In this document: positions 46,946-55,986 of the stretch, in pieces
Layout of the letters: the number at the start of each line of letters is the position of its first letter
Numbering within the stretch: position 1 is the stretch's first letter
Source: Sedimentisphaerales bacterium
GTDB taxonomy: Bacteria > Planctomycetota > Phycisphaerae > Sedimentisphaerales > SM23-30
NCBI GenBank assembly: GCA_963667715.1
Contig: OY763926.1
Location: 2,654,177 to 2,718,176, forward strand
Direction: 5' to 3'
Length of the DNA stretch: 64,000 bases
Position numbers and translations under genes: made by a program
Notes under the pieces: model-generated
Databases searched by the model: none
What the model was told of the DNA's origin: nothing
The model's input: only the letters and a program-made list of their open reading frames with translations

Positions 46946-48079
46946 TTATTCCATAGTTAGCATTTGCCAGGTTCTGTTAAACAGCTTCTGTACATCAATG
47001 CAGGATTGGTCATAACTAAAGCTTTCGCCCTTGTCCAAAACCTCGTCAGAAGGATACACCCTCTCATCTGTTATAATATCGTGCAATGTATATTCTGCGG
47101 CCGCTTTATTAGCATTAGCCAGATAATAAGTATTAGCTATTTCTGCACTAACTTTTGCATCCAGTATATAGTTAATAAATAGCTCGGCCGTATGCTTATG
47201 TGGAGAATCGACTGGTATACAAAGGTTATCAACCCAGATAGAATAACCCTGCTCAGGCAGTAAAAAATCAATTTCATCCATACTATAAGTTTCACCGGTA
47301 ATAATACCACTATATGTAAGAGCTGCCCACAGTTCTCCTGATAATATCTGTTCCGTTATTTCCAATTCACCCAGATATTGTACTCCTAGCTCCTTTTGCT
47401 GAATTAGGATAGCAGAAGCTTTTTCCAGAGTTGAGAAATCATCTGTATTGAGACTTGAGCCAAGACATTTCAACGGTACAGCAAAACATTCCCACTGGTC
47501 ATTTATCATAGCAATATGTCCGGCATAATCCGGATTAAACAGAACATTCCAATCAGGATTATCCTCTTTAACATATTTTTTATTGATAACCAGCCCCGTA
47601 GTCCCCCACATGTATGGGATACTATATTTATTACCCCGATCATAGGCAGGGTCAATAAACTTTGGATTTATATTTTTTAGGTCAGGGAGATTATCAAGAT
47701 CGATCTCTGCCAGAAGCTTCATTGCCGACATTTTCGCAATGTACATACCGCTTGCAACACAGATATCATACTTACCGCTATAGGACATTATCGTTGAGAG
47801 AAGAACATCTTCATCGTCAAAATACTCAATATTTACATGAACGCCATATTGCTTTTCAAAACCGGTAATAGCAGAATCACTAAGATACTCTTCCCAGAAT
47901 AAGATATTAAGTCTATCGGATACCTTTTTCACTGCTTCAGTTTTAACAGTAGCAATACTATCTGCTGAAATGCTTTTAGGGCCACCGAGCTTTATGTAAA
48001 AATAATAAATACCAACCAATAGTATACCTGTGGATACTATCAAAATTGATTCTTTTATTATTTTACCTGATTGTAACAT
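46946..48079 (-). CDS. PotD/PotF-like (polyamine-type) extracellular solute-binding protein with an N-terminal membrane anchor
   Basis: 'LNILFWEEYLSD...F..........YFDDED', 'YSIPYMWGTTGLVINKKYV' and 'IPVDSPHKHTAELFINYIL' resemble spermidine/putrescine-binding proteins. ATG 48079 is preceded by AGGA. The ORF-track start 48157 adds 26 aa. The stop lies 16 nt upstream of the histidine kinase start. Confidence 0.75.
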   Translation of the reverse strand: MLQSGKIIKESILIVSTGILLVGIYYFYIKLGGPKSISADSIATVKTEAVKKVSDRLNILFWEEYLSDSAITGFEKQYGVHVNIEYFDDEDVLLSTIMSYSGKYDICVASGMYIAKMSAMKLLAEIDLDNLPDLKNINPKFIDPAYDRGNKYSIPYMWGTTGLVINKKYVKEDNPDWNVLFNPDYAGHIAMINDQWECFAVPLKCLGSSLNTDDFSTLEKASAILIQQKELGVQYLGELEITEQILSGELWAALTYSGIITGETYSMDEIDFLLPEQGYSIWVDNLCIPVDSPHKHTAELFINYILDAKVSAEIANTYYLANANKAAAEYTLHDIITDERVYPSDEVLDKGESFSYDQSCIDVQKLFNRTWQMLTME

Positions 48080-48369
48080 TTGATTCCTAAAACACTTTTT
48101 AACAAATAATGTAAAACTGCCACGGTTTTTGCATATTTCGTCATAGTATCTAAGCAACTTAACTATCTACTACAAAGGTTGTTATGGCAAAAACAGACCA
48201 TCCACGCATTGTAGCATAACTACCGTATCTCATGGAAGTTACATCACGAACACTTTTAATAAAAAAACAAAAACAATTTATACTTAATAAATGGATAATG
48301 ATTATGGGACGAGATAATGATAAAAAAAAAGATGAAGATAACAATAATGGAAGTTTACAGTATAAGCAT

Positions 48370-48660
48370 TTATTTACTATTCTGATCGCCTTTAAGCGGG
48401 ACAGGATCATAGCCGCCGCGGGTAAATGGATGGCAACGCAGTATCCTTTTTACACTTAGCCAGCCCCCTTTTATAGGGCCATACATTTTCAGTGCTTCGA
48501 GAGAATACTCGCTGCAAGTAGGTACATAGTTACAACTTTTTGGTAAATATGGAGAAATAGCTACCTGATAGAACCTGACCAGAAACAGCAAAATATAAAG
48601 CAATATAGCTTGTATTATTTTGAATGGCCAAAGAATTAAAATGAATCTATCTCTGCTCAC
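48370..48660 (-). CDS. yidD: Membrane protein insertion efficiency factor YidD
   Basis: '[56 protein letters not shown]' is the YidD signature. It overlaps the rnpA stop by 14 nt. Confidence 0.9.
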   Translation of the reverse strand: MSRDRFILILWPFKIIQAILLYILLFLVRFYQVAISPYLPKSCNYVPTCSEYSLEALKMYGPIKGGWLSVKRILRCHPFTRGGYDPVPLKGDQNSK

Positions 48661-49030
48661 CGTTATCCTTCACAACCCAGCGTTTTTCGACCTTATGCAT
48701 GATCGTTCTCATTGAATTCACATATGAACCAAGCGAAGCTTTAGCTACTACACGGGGGACAATAACCCAATCAAAACCTTGGGGAAGCTCTGCCCTATTG
48801 AGTCTAAAGGCTTCTCTTATCAGCCTTTTGGCCTTATTTCTTTTAACAGCACAGCCAAACTTTCTCCCCACAGAAATACCAATCCGGCTAAAACCAAGCT
48901 CATTTGGCTTGCCGTAAATCAGCAAATACATGTCTGAACTGCTCTTTTTATTTCTAAATACCGCCGCAAAGTCGGCAGACCTCGAAAGGACAGCGGTTTT
49001 AGGAAACTTCAATTTTCCATTTTTATCCAT
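48647..49030 (-). CDS. rnpA: Ribonuclease P protein component
   Basis: 127 aa and basic. '[28 protein letters not shown]' is the RNR motif region. Confidence 0.85.
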   Translation of the reverse strand: MDKNGKLKFPKTAVLSRSADFAAVFRNKKSSSDMYLLIYGKPNELGFSRIGISVGRKFGCAVKRNKAKRLIREAFRLNRAELPQGFDWVIVPRVVAKASLGSYVNSMRTIMHKVEKRWVVKDNGEQR

Positions 49031-49161
49031 ATATATCCGTTAATAATAACAGAACTGCTCATAAAAAAACCTTTATAAATCTATCCTGTCAGTTTAAAAA
49101 CTTACAACAGAAAGAATAAAGATTCTTAACCCTATATAATTAAGGCTGTTAACAGAATATT

Positions 49162-49190
49162 ATTGTATTTTACTTCAAATTAAAAGTCAA
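49162..49190 (-). promoter_or_regulatory. Sigma-70-type promoter for rnpA-yidD
   Basis: On the minus strand: TTGACT (49190-49185), a 17-nt spacer, then TACAAT (49167-49162). Confidence 0.45.
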
Positions 49191-49219
49191 TAAATCTAAG
49201 CGACAAAAGCGGATAATTC

Positions 49220-49247
49220 TTGACAATGGACTGTCTCTAAATATAAT
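49220..49247 (+). promoter_or_regulatory. Consensus sigma-70 promoter for smpB
   Basis: TTGACA (49220-49225), a 16-nt spacer, then TATAAT (49242-49247). The ATG lies 14 nt after the -10 element. Confidence 0.55.
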
Positions 49248-49261
49248 CCACATAGATAATT

Positions 49262-49750
49262 ATGAGTAAAAAGGATAAAAAACAAGAAAAAGACCAGAAA
49301 TACAGCCCGACCATTCGAAACAAGAAGGCTTCGTTCAACTATAACCTGATCGAAAAGTTTGAAGCTGGCATTATTCTGACAGGCACAGAAGTGAAAAGCC
49401 TGCGCATGGGACGCGCTACTCTGGATGAGTCTTATTGCCGTCTGAAAAATGGTGAGCTGGTATTACTCGGTGTTAATATCTCTACATATGAGTTCGGGAA
49501 TATACTGAACCATGAACCCTCAAGAGCACGCAAACTCCTTCTGCACAAAGCTGAGCTGAAAAAGCTGGAAGTCAAGACCAATCAAAAAGGCTTTACTATT
49601 GTACCAACCAGAGTATATTTTAATGCCCGTGGCTTCGCAAAAGTAGAAATAGCACTCGCACAGGGTAAATCGGTAGCAGACAAACGCACTACCCTAAAAG
49701 ATAAACAAGTAAAAATGGACATTAAAAGAGCTATGAGCAAATGGCGATAG
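49262..49750 (+). CDS. smpB: SsrA-binding protein
   Basis: 'IRNKKASFNY.LIEKFEAGIILTGTEVKSLR ... L.ESY', 'HEPSRARKLLLHK.E' and 'GFTIVPTRVYFN.RGFAKVEIALAQGK' are canonical SmpB blocks. Confidence 0.95.
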   Translation: MSKKDKKQEKDQKYSPTIRNKKASFNYNLIEKFEAGIILTGTEVKSLRMGRATLDESYCRLKNGELVLLGVNISTYEFGNILNHEPSRARKLLLHKAELKKLEVKTNQKGFTIVPTRVYFNARGFAKVEIALAQGKSVADKRTTLKDKQVKMDIKRAMSKWR

Positions 49751-49782
49751 CTCAATCATTTTGATATGACAAGGAAGTAGCT

Positions 49783-51930
49783 ATGAAAAGATCTATCCTG
49801 GCTGTAATTTTACTATTAGGCGGCTCTGCTTTTGGCGTTAATACCTTTTTCGCCGAACATAATACAGAGCAGCAATTCAAAGACGGTACAGCAGAAAACA
49901 TCCTCATACATAGCAATGGCAGCCTGTCACTATCATATCAATCAGAAGTTATTTACAGCGGCTCTGACCAGGACTGGGTTATCAATGATCTGGCATCAGA
50001 TTCAGCCGGAGTTATCTACGCAGCAACCAGCGGCGACGGCGAACTTTATCGAATTGGGCCAAATAACAAGGTCGAATCTATCTGGAAAGACAAAGATCAT
50101 TCACGCCATATTTTTTCAGTTGCGGTAACAAATGACAGTACCCTGCTAGCTGGAACCGGCGGCGAAACTGGCGAGCTGTACTCGTACAATAGTAAGAAGT
50201 TCAAGAAAATCTGGTCAAATGATGATGTAAAATTCATCTGGGATATTCTCGTTAGTCCAACTGGAAAAGTTTATGTAGCTACCGGCCCAAATGGCCAGAT
50301 ATACTCAATGGACGCAAACGGGAAAAATGCGGAACTAATATACGATGCACCTGTTGCCAATATTATCAGTCTGTGCCTTGCAGATATGGGGATTCTATAT
50401 GCCGGTGGCGATGAACATGGGCTGGTGTACAAAACTGACCTGGCCAGCAAAACTACTACTGTAGCTTATGACACAGGAAAGGCAGAAGTTAGCTCTCTGG
50501 CTCTGGATAAAGCTGGTAATATTTATATCGCAACTGCAGACAGCAGCTCGGCAAGGCCCGGCACAAAACTGATCCTTTCTGATAACAACAGCAGCAAAAA
50601 CGCAACAGAAGACAAAGATGGTTCTGAAGATAAAATGTCTGGTGATGCCTCAGCAGAAAAGCAGCCGCCGGCCACCAGAGCTCATACCAGTCGCAGACCA
50701 AATAACAAACAGGAAACCGATGGCAATCAGGTATTCAAGCTTTCTCCTGAAGGATATGCAGAAGCAATATTTGCAGGCCCTGTCATTATTCATGATATCG
50801 CACTAAACGAAAAAGAGGATGAATTATACCTCGCTACCGGGTTTGACGGCAATCTTATCACAATTAACCTGAATACTCTGGAATCCGTAATAGTTTATGA
50901 TTCTGAAAGCAGCCAGATATCAGCTCTGGAAATGGCAAACAACAAGCTATACCTAGGCTGTGCCAGCCAGGCGGCTCTGGTAAGCCTTGATCAGGAATAT
51001 GTAGAAGAAGGCACATTCATTTCTTCTGTATTCGACGCCAAACAGCCGTCATTATGGGGTACAATGTACCTGCAAGGAAATGCAATCACTGGTAATGTTG
51101 ACTTCTTCAGCAGAAGCGGTAATACCAGTGACCCAGACAATGGCGGTTGGTCAGAGTGGATCAAAGCCGATATTTCAGTACCGGCAGTAATGGTCAATTC
51201 TCCAATTGGAAGATTCTTGCAGTACAAGTTGGTAATAATCAGAACAAACAGCCAGGAAACACCAAAAATCAGCCAGATTAAAGCGTCTTTCAGTATTCCT
51301 AATCTGAAACCGCAGGTTAATGAACTCGCGATCGAAGGCCCTCAAGGCGGCGGTAATCCTAAACAGGAAATTCCGCTCGAAGAGATGAAGAAACTTCAAG
51401 TATCATGGCAGGCTGAAGATGCCAATAAAGACAAGCTGATCTTTGACATATATATCAAAGAAAGTAAGTCAGACTGCTGGATAAAAATAGCTGACAATCT
51501 TGATGATAATATGTATCTATGGGATACTAATCTGGTTCCGGACGGATATTATAATGTTAAGCTCGAGGCATCAGATGAGCTGAGTAATCCTGAAGCCACA
51601 AAACTCACAAATTGCAAGACAAGTGACTATGTCCTGGTTGATAATACCGCACCGGAAATCACTGAATATAATATGGCAGATACTGCCAATGGAAAGAGTA
51701 TAGAATTAACAGCATGTGATAAGCTATGCGTAATCAAATCTGTCGAATACTCGCTGGATTCTGACAGAAAGCTCAGAGAAGCAGCACCAGTTGACAATAT
51801 AGCTGACAGTAATATTGAGAAATTCAGTTTTAGTGTAGACCCACAAGACACCGGCCTACACTTCGTAACCGTTAAAATAACAGATATAGCTGGAAACAGA
51901 GGATTTGTTTCCTATGAATTCACAAAATAA
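49783..51930 (+). CDS. Secreted beta-propeller repeat protein with a central disordered linker and C-terminal Ig/Fn3-like domains
   Basis: It has a signal peptide. Blade-like units recur ('DSAGVIYAATSGDGELYRI', 'PTGKVYVATGPNGQIYSM', 'DMGILYAGGDEHGLVYKT', 'DKAGNIYIATADSS'). A low-complexity S/D/K/N/P-rich segment spans about 50560-50720. The C-terminus has 'WQAEDANKDKL.FDIY...W..I' and 'VKITDIAGN'. Confidence 0.6.
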   Translation: MKRSILAVILLLGGSAFGVNTFFAEHNTEQQFKDGTAENILIHSNGSLSLSYQSEVIYSGSDQDWVINDLASDSAGVIYAATSGDGELYRIGPNNKVESIWKDKDHSRHIFSVAVTNDSTLLAGTGGETGELYSYNSKKFKKIWSNDDVKFIWDILVSPTGKVYVATGPNGQIYSMDANGKNAELIYDAPVANIISLCLADMGILYAGGDEHGLVYKTDLASKTTTVAYDTGKAEVSSLALDKAGNIYIATADSSSARPGTKLILSDNNSSKNATEDKDGSEDKMSGDASAEKQPPATRAHTSRRPNNKQETDGNQVFKLSPEGYAEAIFAGPVIIHDIALNEKEDELYLATGFDGNLITINLNTLESVIVYDSESSQISALEMANNKLYLGCASQAALVSLDQEYVEEGTFISSVFDAKQPSLWGTMYLQGNAITGNVDFFSRSGNTSDPDNGGWSEWIKADISVPAVMVNSPIGRFLQYKLVIIRTNSQETPKISQIKASFSIPNLKPQVNELAIEGPQGGGNPKQEIPLEEMKKLQVSWQAEDANKDKLIFDIYIKESKSDCWIKIADNLDDNMYLWDTNLVPDGYYNVKLEASDELSNPEATKLTNCKTSDYVLVDNTAPEITEYNMADTANGKSIELTACDKLCVIKSVEYSLDSDRKLREAAPVDNIADSNIEKFSFSVDPQDTGLHFVTVKITDIAGNRGFVSYEFTK

Positions 51931-51942
51931 TTGATGTAAAGG

Positions 51943-52956
51943 ATGCCTACAGTGAAAAAAGCAGCAGCTCTATTATTAGCAATTATCAGCAGCAGTGTAT
52001 ATGCTGACACCCTACTGTTCTCAAATGGTGACAGTCTAAAGGGAGATTTGGTAAAATTGGAAAACGGCAAAGCTGTTTTCAAGACCGAAATGGCTGGCGA
52101 AATTACCGTCGACCGGGTAAATATAAAATCTATCAAGATCACATCTGAAGCTGATTTCCAAATGGCTGACGGTACAGTAGTAAAATCTACAGGTACCATA
52201 ACTGATACTGCTATCACTTTAGCTGGCGATAGCAAAAAGGATATCTCTACCCTGACAGCTATAAACCCTACCCCGCCAGAGCTGCCAAAGCTATCTGGTA
52301 ATATTACAGCAGGCTTTACCAGCTCACACGGCAACACCTTCGCAGAAAGTGGCACTATCAGTATTGAATTAAACTATGATACCGAAGGTGGAACAACTGG
52401 TACTGATTTTACTTATGTCGCAACCAGAGCAGAACGCCCTGACGGATCAAAATACACCTCTGAAGAATACTTTACCGCTGGTGCCAAAAGAGAATTTAAT
52501 CTTACAGAAAAGAACTACGGCTTTGTTGATGGTAGATACAAGACAGACCATATAGCCGATCTCGACCAGAGAATAATTGGAACACTCGGTCTTGGTCATC
52601 GCTTTTTCAAGACTGATACATTCAAGTTTAATGCTGACCTTGGTTTATCTGAGCTTCACGAAAAGTATACCGTTGAAGGCGTATCTGACACCAGCGATGA
52701 ACTGTCAATTAGATTTGGTTACAATCTAAGCTGGGCCGTTAACTCAAAGCTAAGCTTCAAACACAACATTGAATACTACCCTAGCACACAGACTTATTCT
52801 GATTATTACCTGTCAGCTAAAGCTGAGTTCCGCTATAAATTCAATGATAAGATCTATGGAAGCTTTAAAACTCTGCTTGACTTCGATGCCTCTCCAGCAG
52901 AAACCGTCAGCACAACTGACACTAAGTACATCTTAGGACTTGGTATCGATTTCTAA
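51943..52956 (+). CDS. DUF481-like outer-membrane beta-barrel protein
   Basis: It has a signal peptide. The N-terminal 'DTLLFSNGDSLKGDLVKLENGKAVFKT' module is followed by alternating amphipathic strands and ends in the aromatic 'GLGIDF' typical of OM barrels. Confidence 0.65.
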   Translation: MPTVKKAAALLLAIISSSVYADTLLFSNGDSLKGDLVKLENGKAVFKTEMAGEITVDRVNIKSIKITSEADFQMADGTVVKSTGTITDTAITLAGDSKKDISTLTAINPTPPELPKLSGNITAGFTSSHGNTFAESGTISIELNYDTEGGTTGTDFTYVATRAERPDGSKYTSEEYFTAGAKREFNLTEKNYGFVDGRYKTDHIADLDQRIIGTLGLGHRFFKTDTFKFNADLGLSELHEKYTVEGVSDTSDELSIRFGYNLSWAVNSKLSFKHNIEYYPSTQTYSDYYLSAKAEFRYKFNDKIYGSFKTLLDFDASPAETVSTTDTKYILGLGIDF

Positions 52957-52984
52957 TACAAATCGCATATTATTATAATTCAAA

Positions 52985-53031
52985 AGCTATTACCTCTGAG
53001 ACTATTCTCGCAAAAGGTAATAGCTTTTTTT
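52985..53031. terminator. Bidirectional intrinsic terminator between convergent genes
   Basis: Perfect 10-bp stem AGCTATTACC (52985-52994) / GGTAATAGCT (53016-53025), with an A-run to the left and T7 to the right. Confidence 0.7.
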
Positions 53032-53048
53032 ATTACTTAGCTTGCTGA

Positions 53049-53870
53049 TTATTTGGTATATAACTTTTGATATACTCTGGCATAGCGTTGGCCAAATGCT
53101 TTCAGTGAAGTTGTATTAAAATGAACATGATCCGGGTTAGATGTCAGGTTTTCAGAAGATACAAAGCCAATACTAGCAGAGCTGTCTGCGACGTTTTTTA
53201 ATGCCTGATTTACTGATGCAATATCCTTAATAGTACCCTTAGAGTAAAACCGCCCCAATTCACCAACAATAAACGGTAGCTCAGGTGAGTTCAGATCACT
53301 TCGGAAACGTTTTACAAGGTCTAGTAGTTTAGCTTCATGCTCCTGAGCTGAGCCAGGCTTACAATCTGCTTCTCCCTGATGCCAGAGTATAGCCTTTAAT
53401 GTACCACTTTTCAATGCCAGCTTAGTGCGGGCAATAGCATCATCAAAAGGATGGCTTTTAGTTGAATCGAAATATACACCACTCTTCCAGTGATCGATTG
53501 ACGAACCACCACAAGCGGCAGGAATAAGCCCAACAACAATACCTTCATCCTGACCGGCAAGATAATAATCAGCAAATGACCGGGCCAGCCCTTCGCCGGC
53601 AAATGATTTGTCGAAGTGGATCGGGGCAACTGCCGGCTGCCATTTACCTTCTTTATTTAGAGCAAAAACCCGAGGGTTAGGCTTATTATCTGTCTTGTCG
53701 ATCTTGCCACGCCCTGCCATATTCGACTGGCCGGCAAGCAAAAACAGATGAACCTTATCCTTTGGATATGACTCAAACTTAGACGCCTTATCCTGAGCCA
53801 AGGCAAAAGAACAGGCCAAAAACAGAGAAAATACAATAGATATAATATTTTTCATTAACGCCTCACACAA
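53049..53870 (-). CDS. Sialate O-acetylesterase-like (SASA/DUF303) carbohydrate esterase
   Basis: It has a signal peptide. 'HLFLLAGQSNMAGRG', 'ILWHQGEAD' and 'DHVHF' are typical of the SASA family. Confidence 0.85.
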   Translation of the reverse strand: MCEALMKNIISIVFSLFLACSFALAQDKASKFESYPKDKVHLFLLAGQSNMAGRGKIDKTDNKPNPRVFALNKEGKWQPAVAPIHFDKSFAGEGLARSFADYYLAGQDEGIVVGLIPAACGGSSIDHWKSGVYFDSTKSHPFDDAIARTKLALKSGTLKAILWHQGEADCKPGSAQEHEAKLLDLVKRFRSDLNSPELPFIVGELGRFYSKGTIKDIASVNQALKNVADSSASIGFVSSENLTSNPDHVHFNTTSLKAFGQRYARVYQKLYTK

Positions 53871-53969
53871 TTAAACAAAGTAACTATAGAGCAATAAAAC
53901 AAATATTATACCATTTCTTGAACATATATACAGCACTTTCTTTCACAAAACTGCAACAATCACCCTCTG

Positions 53970-55268
53970 TCATATATTAAGCTTTTTCATCAGCGGCTTC
54001 ATTGTAGTACCCTGCACAATAAGCGAGAATGCAACACAGGCAAAGCCCGCAAGAATCAGTGCCGGACGATATTTGACAAGTAACTCCCCAGCACCGCCGA
54101 TAGATTCATATGGCAGATGGAGTAATAAGGCGATCGGGATAGAGCCTCGCAAGCCGCCCCAGAAGATAACATGCTTCCAGTTGTCCGGACGGCGAGTGCC
54201 AACTTTGTTACCTAGCCAATAAAAGACATAACTCACCAAAGCACGTGAAATGATCATAGCGGCAATTGAACCTAAAACAACTGTTATGGTAGTGATCCCC
54301 TCTGGCAGCTGGGAAGGCAGTTCTCTGAGCTCTAGACCAATTAGGATAAAGAGCATAGAATTGAGCAGGAAATCTATCGATTCGAAAAAGACCTCTACAG
54401 TTTCAGTAGTCTTTTTACTCATAGAGAACTTCTTGCCATGATTACCAATGATCAAACCGGCAGTAACCGTAGAAATAACACCAGACATATGGAAATATTC
54501 AGCTAGCCAGAATGCACCATAAGCAAGAGTTATACATATAGCGTTTTCGAGCAGATGATCTTCAAGCTTGCGGAGAAAGAGAAAGGCTGTTACACCACAA
54601 ATAAAACCTATAATAAGCCCGCCGCCAGAGACCGATACGAAATTTGAAATGGCATGAGTTACACTAAGATCAGTACCCATTAGCAAAGCTTCGAAGATTA
54701 TACCAAATATAACAACACCAGTAGCATCGTTAAGAAGCGATTCTCCCTCAACCAGTATCTTAAGATCTTCAGGTGCTCCAACTTCCTTAAATAGTGCCAG
54801 TACACTAACCGGGTCAGTAGGCGAGATAAGAGCACCAAATAGCATAGCGATCATACCTGCACCAATACCAATAGAATAGCCGAAGATCGCACCACAGACG
54901 ACAGTAGAGATAATAACGCCAGGGATAGCAAACGATAGCACCGGCCATATGTTCTTCATAAGATGCTGCAGCTCTATATGAAACGCACCTTGAAACAGCA
55001 ACGGCGGTAGAAATACAAAGAATATCAGCTCATGGCCAAAACCAAACTCCTCAGGAGATGGGCCAAAATGGAAAACACCGATCATAAGACCGACAAGGGT
55101 CAGAAATATAGTATATGGCAAATGAGTTATCCGCTTAGCTACGGTACCAACAAGACACGCTAGTATCATAAGACCAATATAAATACCAACAGTATGTTCG
55201 ATCGCTATAGAGCCTGCGGCGTGCTGAATATGTTCCTGCATAAATCTAATCCCAATTTGCGTAACCAT
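53970..55268 (-). CDS. Cation:proton antiporter (CPA1, NhaP-type Na+/H+ exchanger)
   Basis: About 12 TM helices. 'LFGALISPTDPVSVLALFKE', 'ESLLNDATGVV' and 'WGGLRGSIPIAL' are Na_H_Exchanger blocks. Start uncertain: ATG 55241 is an alternative. Confidence 0.85.
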   Translation of the reverse strand: MVTQIGIRFMQEHIQHAAGSIAIEHTVGIYIGLMILACLVGTVAKRITHLPYTIFLTLVGLMIGVFHFGPSPEEFGFGHELIFFVFLPPLLFQGAFHIELQHLMKNIWPVLSFAIPGVIISTVVCGAIFGYSIGIGAGMIAMLFGALISPTDPVSVLALFKEVGAPEDLKILVEGESLLNDATGVVIFGIIFEALLMGTDLSVTHAISNFVSVSGGGLIIGFICGVTAFLFLRKLEDHLLENAICITLAYGAFWLAEYFHMSGVISTVTAGLIIGNHGKKFSMSKKTTETVEVFFESIDFLLNSMLFILIGLELRELPSQLPEGITTITVVLGSIAAMIISRALVSYVFYWLGNKVGTRRPDNWKHVIFWGGLRGSIPIALLLHLPYESIGGAGELLVKYRPALILAGFACVAFSLIVQGTTMKPLMKKLNI

Positions 55269-55299
55269 AGATTAGGTTACAGTATAAAAGTAAAACAAG

Positions 55300-55917
55300 C
55301 TATAAGCTTTCGGCAAGCTTTATTATGTCACGACCAAGTGAAATTTTGGTTCGATCGGATATTGTTTGCCAGCTTCTCTGGCCGGCCTTTAATATATGTA
55401 TCGTATTTCGTGCTGACCCCATAGCCGAAGTATCATTCAAAACAATAGCGTCAAGATTCTTCTGCATAAGCTTTCGTCGGGCATTCGACCGGGCATTTTT
55501 ATCCTGCACCGCAAAACCGATAAGCTTCTGATGCTGTTTAGTCCGCCCCAGCTCAGCTAAAATATCCATAGTACGAACCATATGCAGGTTCATATCACCG
55601 GGCATCTTAACTATCTTAGCGTCAAAAGTCTTCGCCGGAGTATAATCAGCAACAGCCGCAGTCATAATTACCAGATCTATCTTATCATAAATATCTAAGA
55701 CCGCAGCAGCCATATCGGCGGCACTAACAACAGATATAAACTTCACACCTTTGGGACGGGCAAGAGCGGTAGGACCGCTGATAAGTGTAACCTTATGGCC
55801 AGCACCAACTGCCGCCGCAGCACAGGAGTATCCCATCTGGCCCGATGAGCCGTTAGTGAGGAATCTGACAGGGTCAATATATTCCCGGGTTGGGCCAGCT
55901 GTAATGAGAATGTGCAT
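55300..55917 (-). CDS. coaB: Phosphopantothenate--cysteine ligase, stand-alone CoaB domain
   Basis: 'ILITAGPTREYIDPVRFLTNGSSGQMGYS.A' and 'MTAAVADY' match the C-terminal (DFP) half of CoaBC. No CoaC flavoprotein domain is attached. Confidence 0.85.
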   Translation of the reverse strand: MHILITAGPTREYIDPVRFLTNGSSGQMGYSCAAAAVGAGHKVTLISGPTALARPKGVKFISVVSAADMAAAVLDIYDKIDLVIMTAAVADYTPAKTFDAKIVKMPGDMNLHMVRTMDILAELGRTKQHQKLIGFAVQDKNARSNARRKLMQKNLDAIVLNDTSAMGSARNTIHILKAGQRSWQTISDRTKISLGRDIIKLAESL

Positions 55918-55986
55918 GAGTTAGGATCTAGGAGTTAGAATTTAAAAATTAGGAGCCAGGTACTATTACCCGGCCCCTTTTATTAT

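Noticed and set aside
48158-48460. Small ORFs 48159-48410 (-) and 48232-48459 (+) in the AT-rich spacer between yidD and the PotD-like gene.
   Set aside because: They overlap each other and the yidD 3' end. Their products are low-complexity (K/D/N or L/S/I-rich) and have no Shine-Dalgarno sequence. This is more likely a promoter or UTR region of the SBP-kinase operon.
49031-49261. Search for rpmH (L34) upstream of rnpA on the minus strand.
   Set aside because: No Arg/Lys-rich ~44-codon ORF is present; there is only a 17-codon out-of-frame ORF. The region instead holds two divergent promoters.
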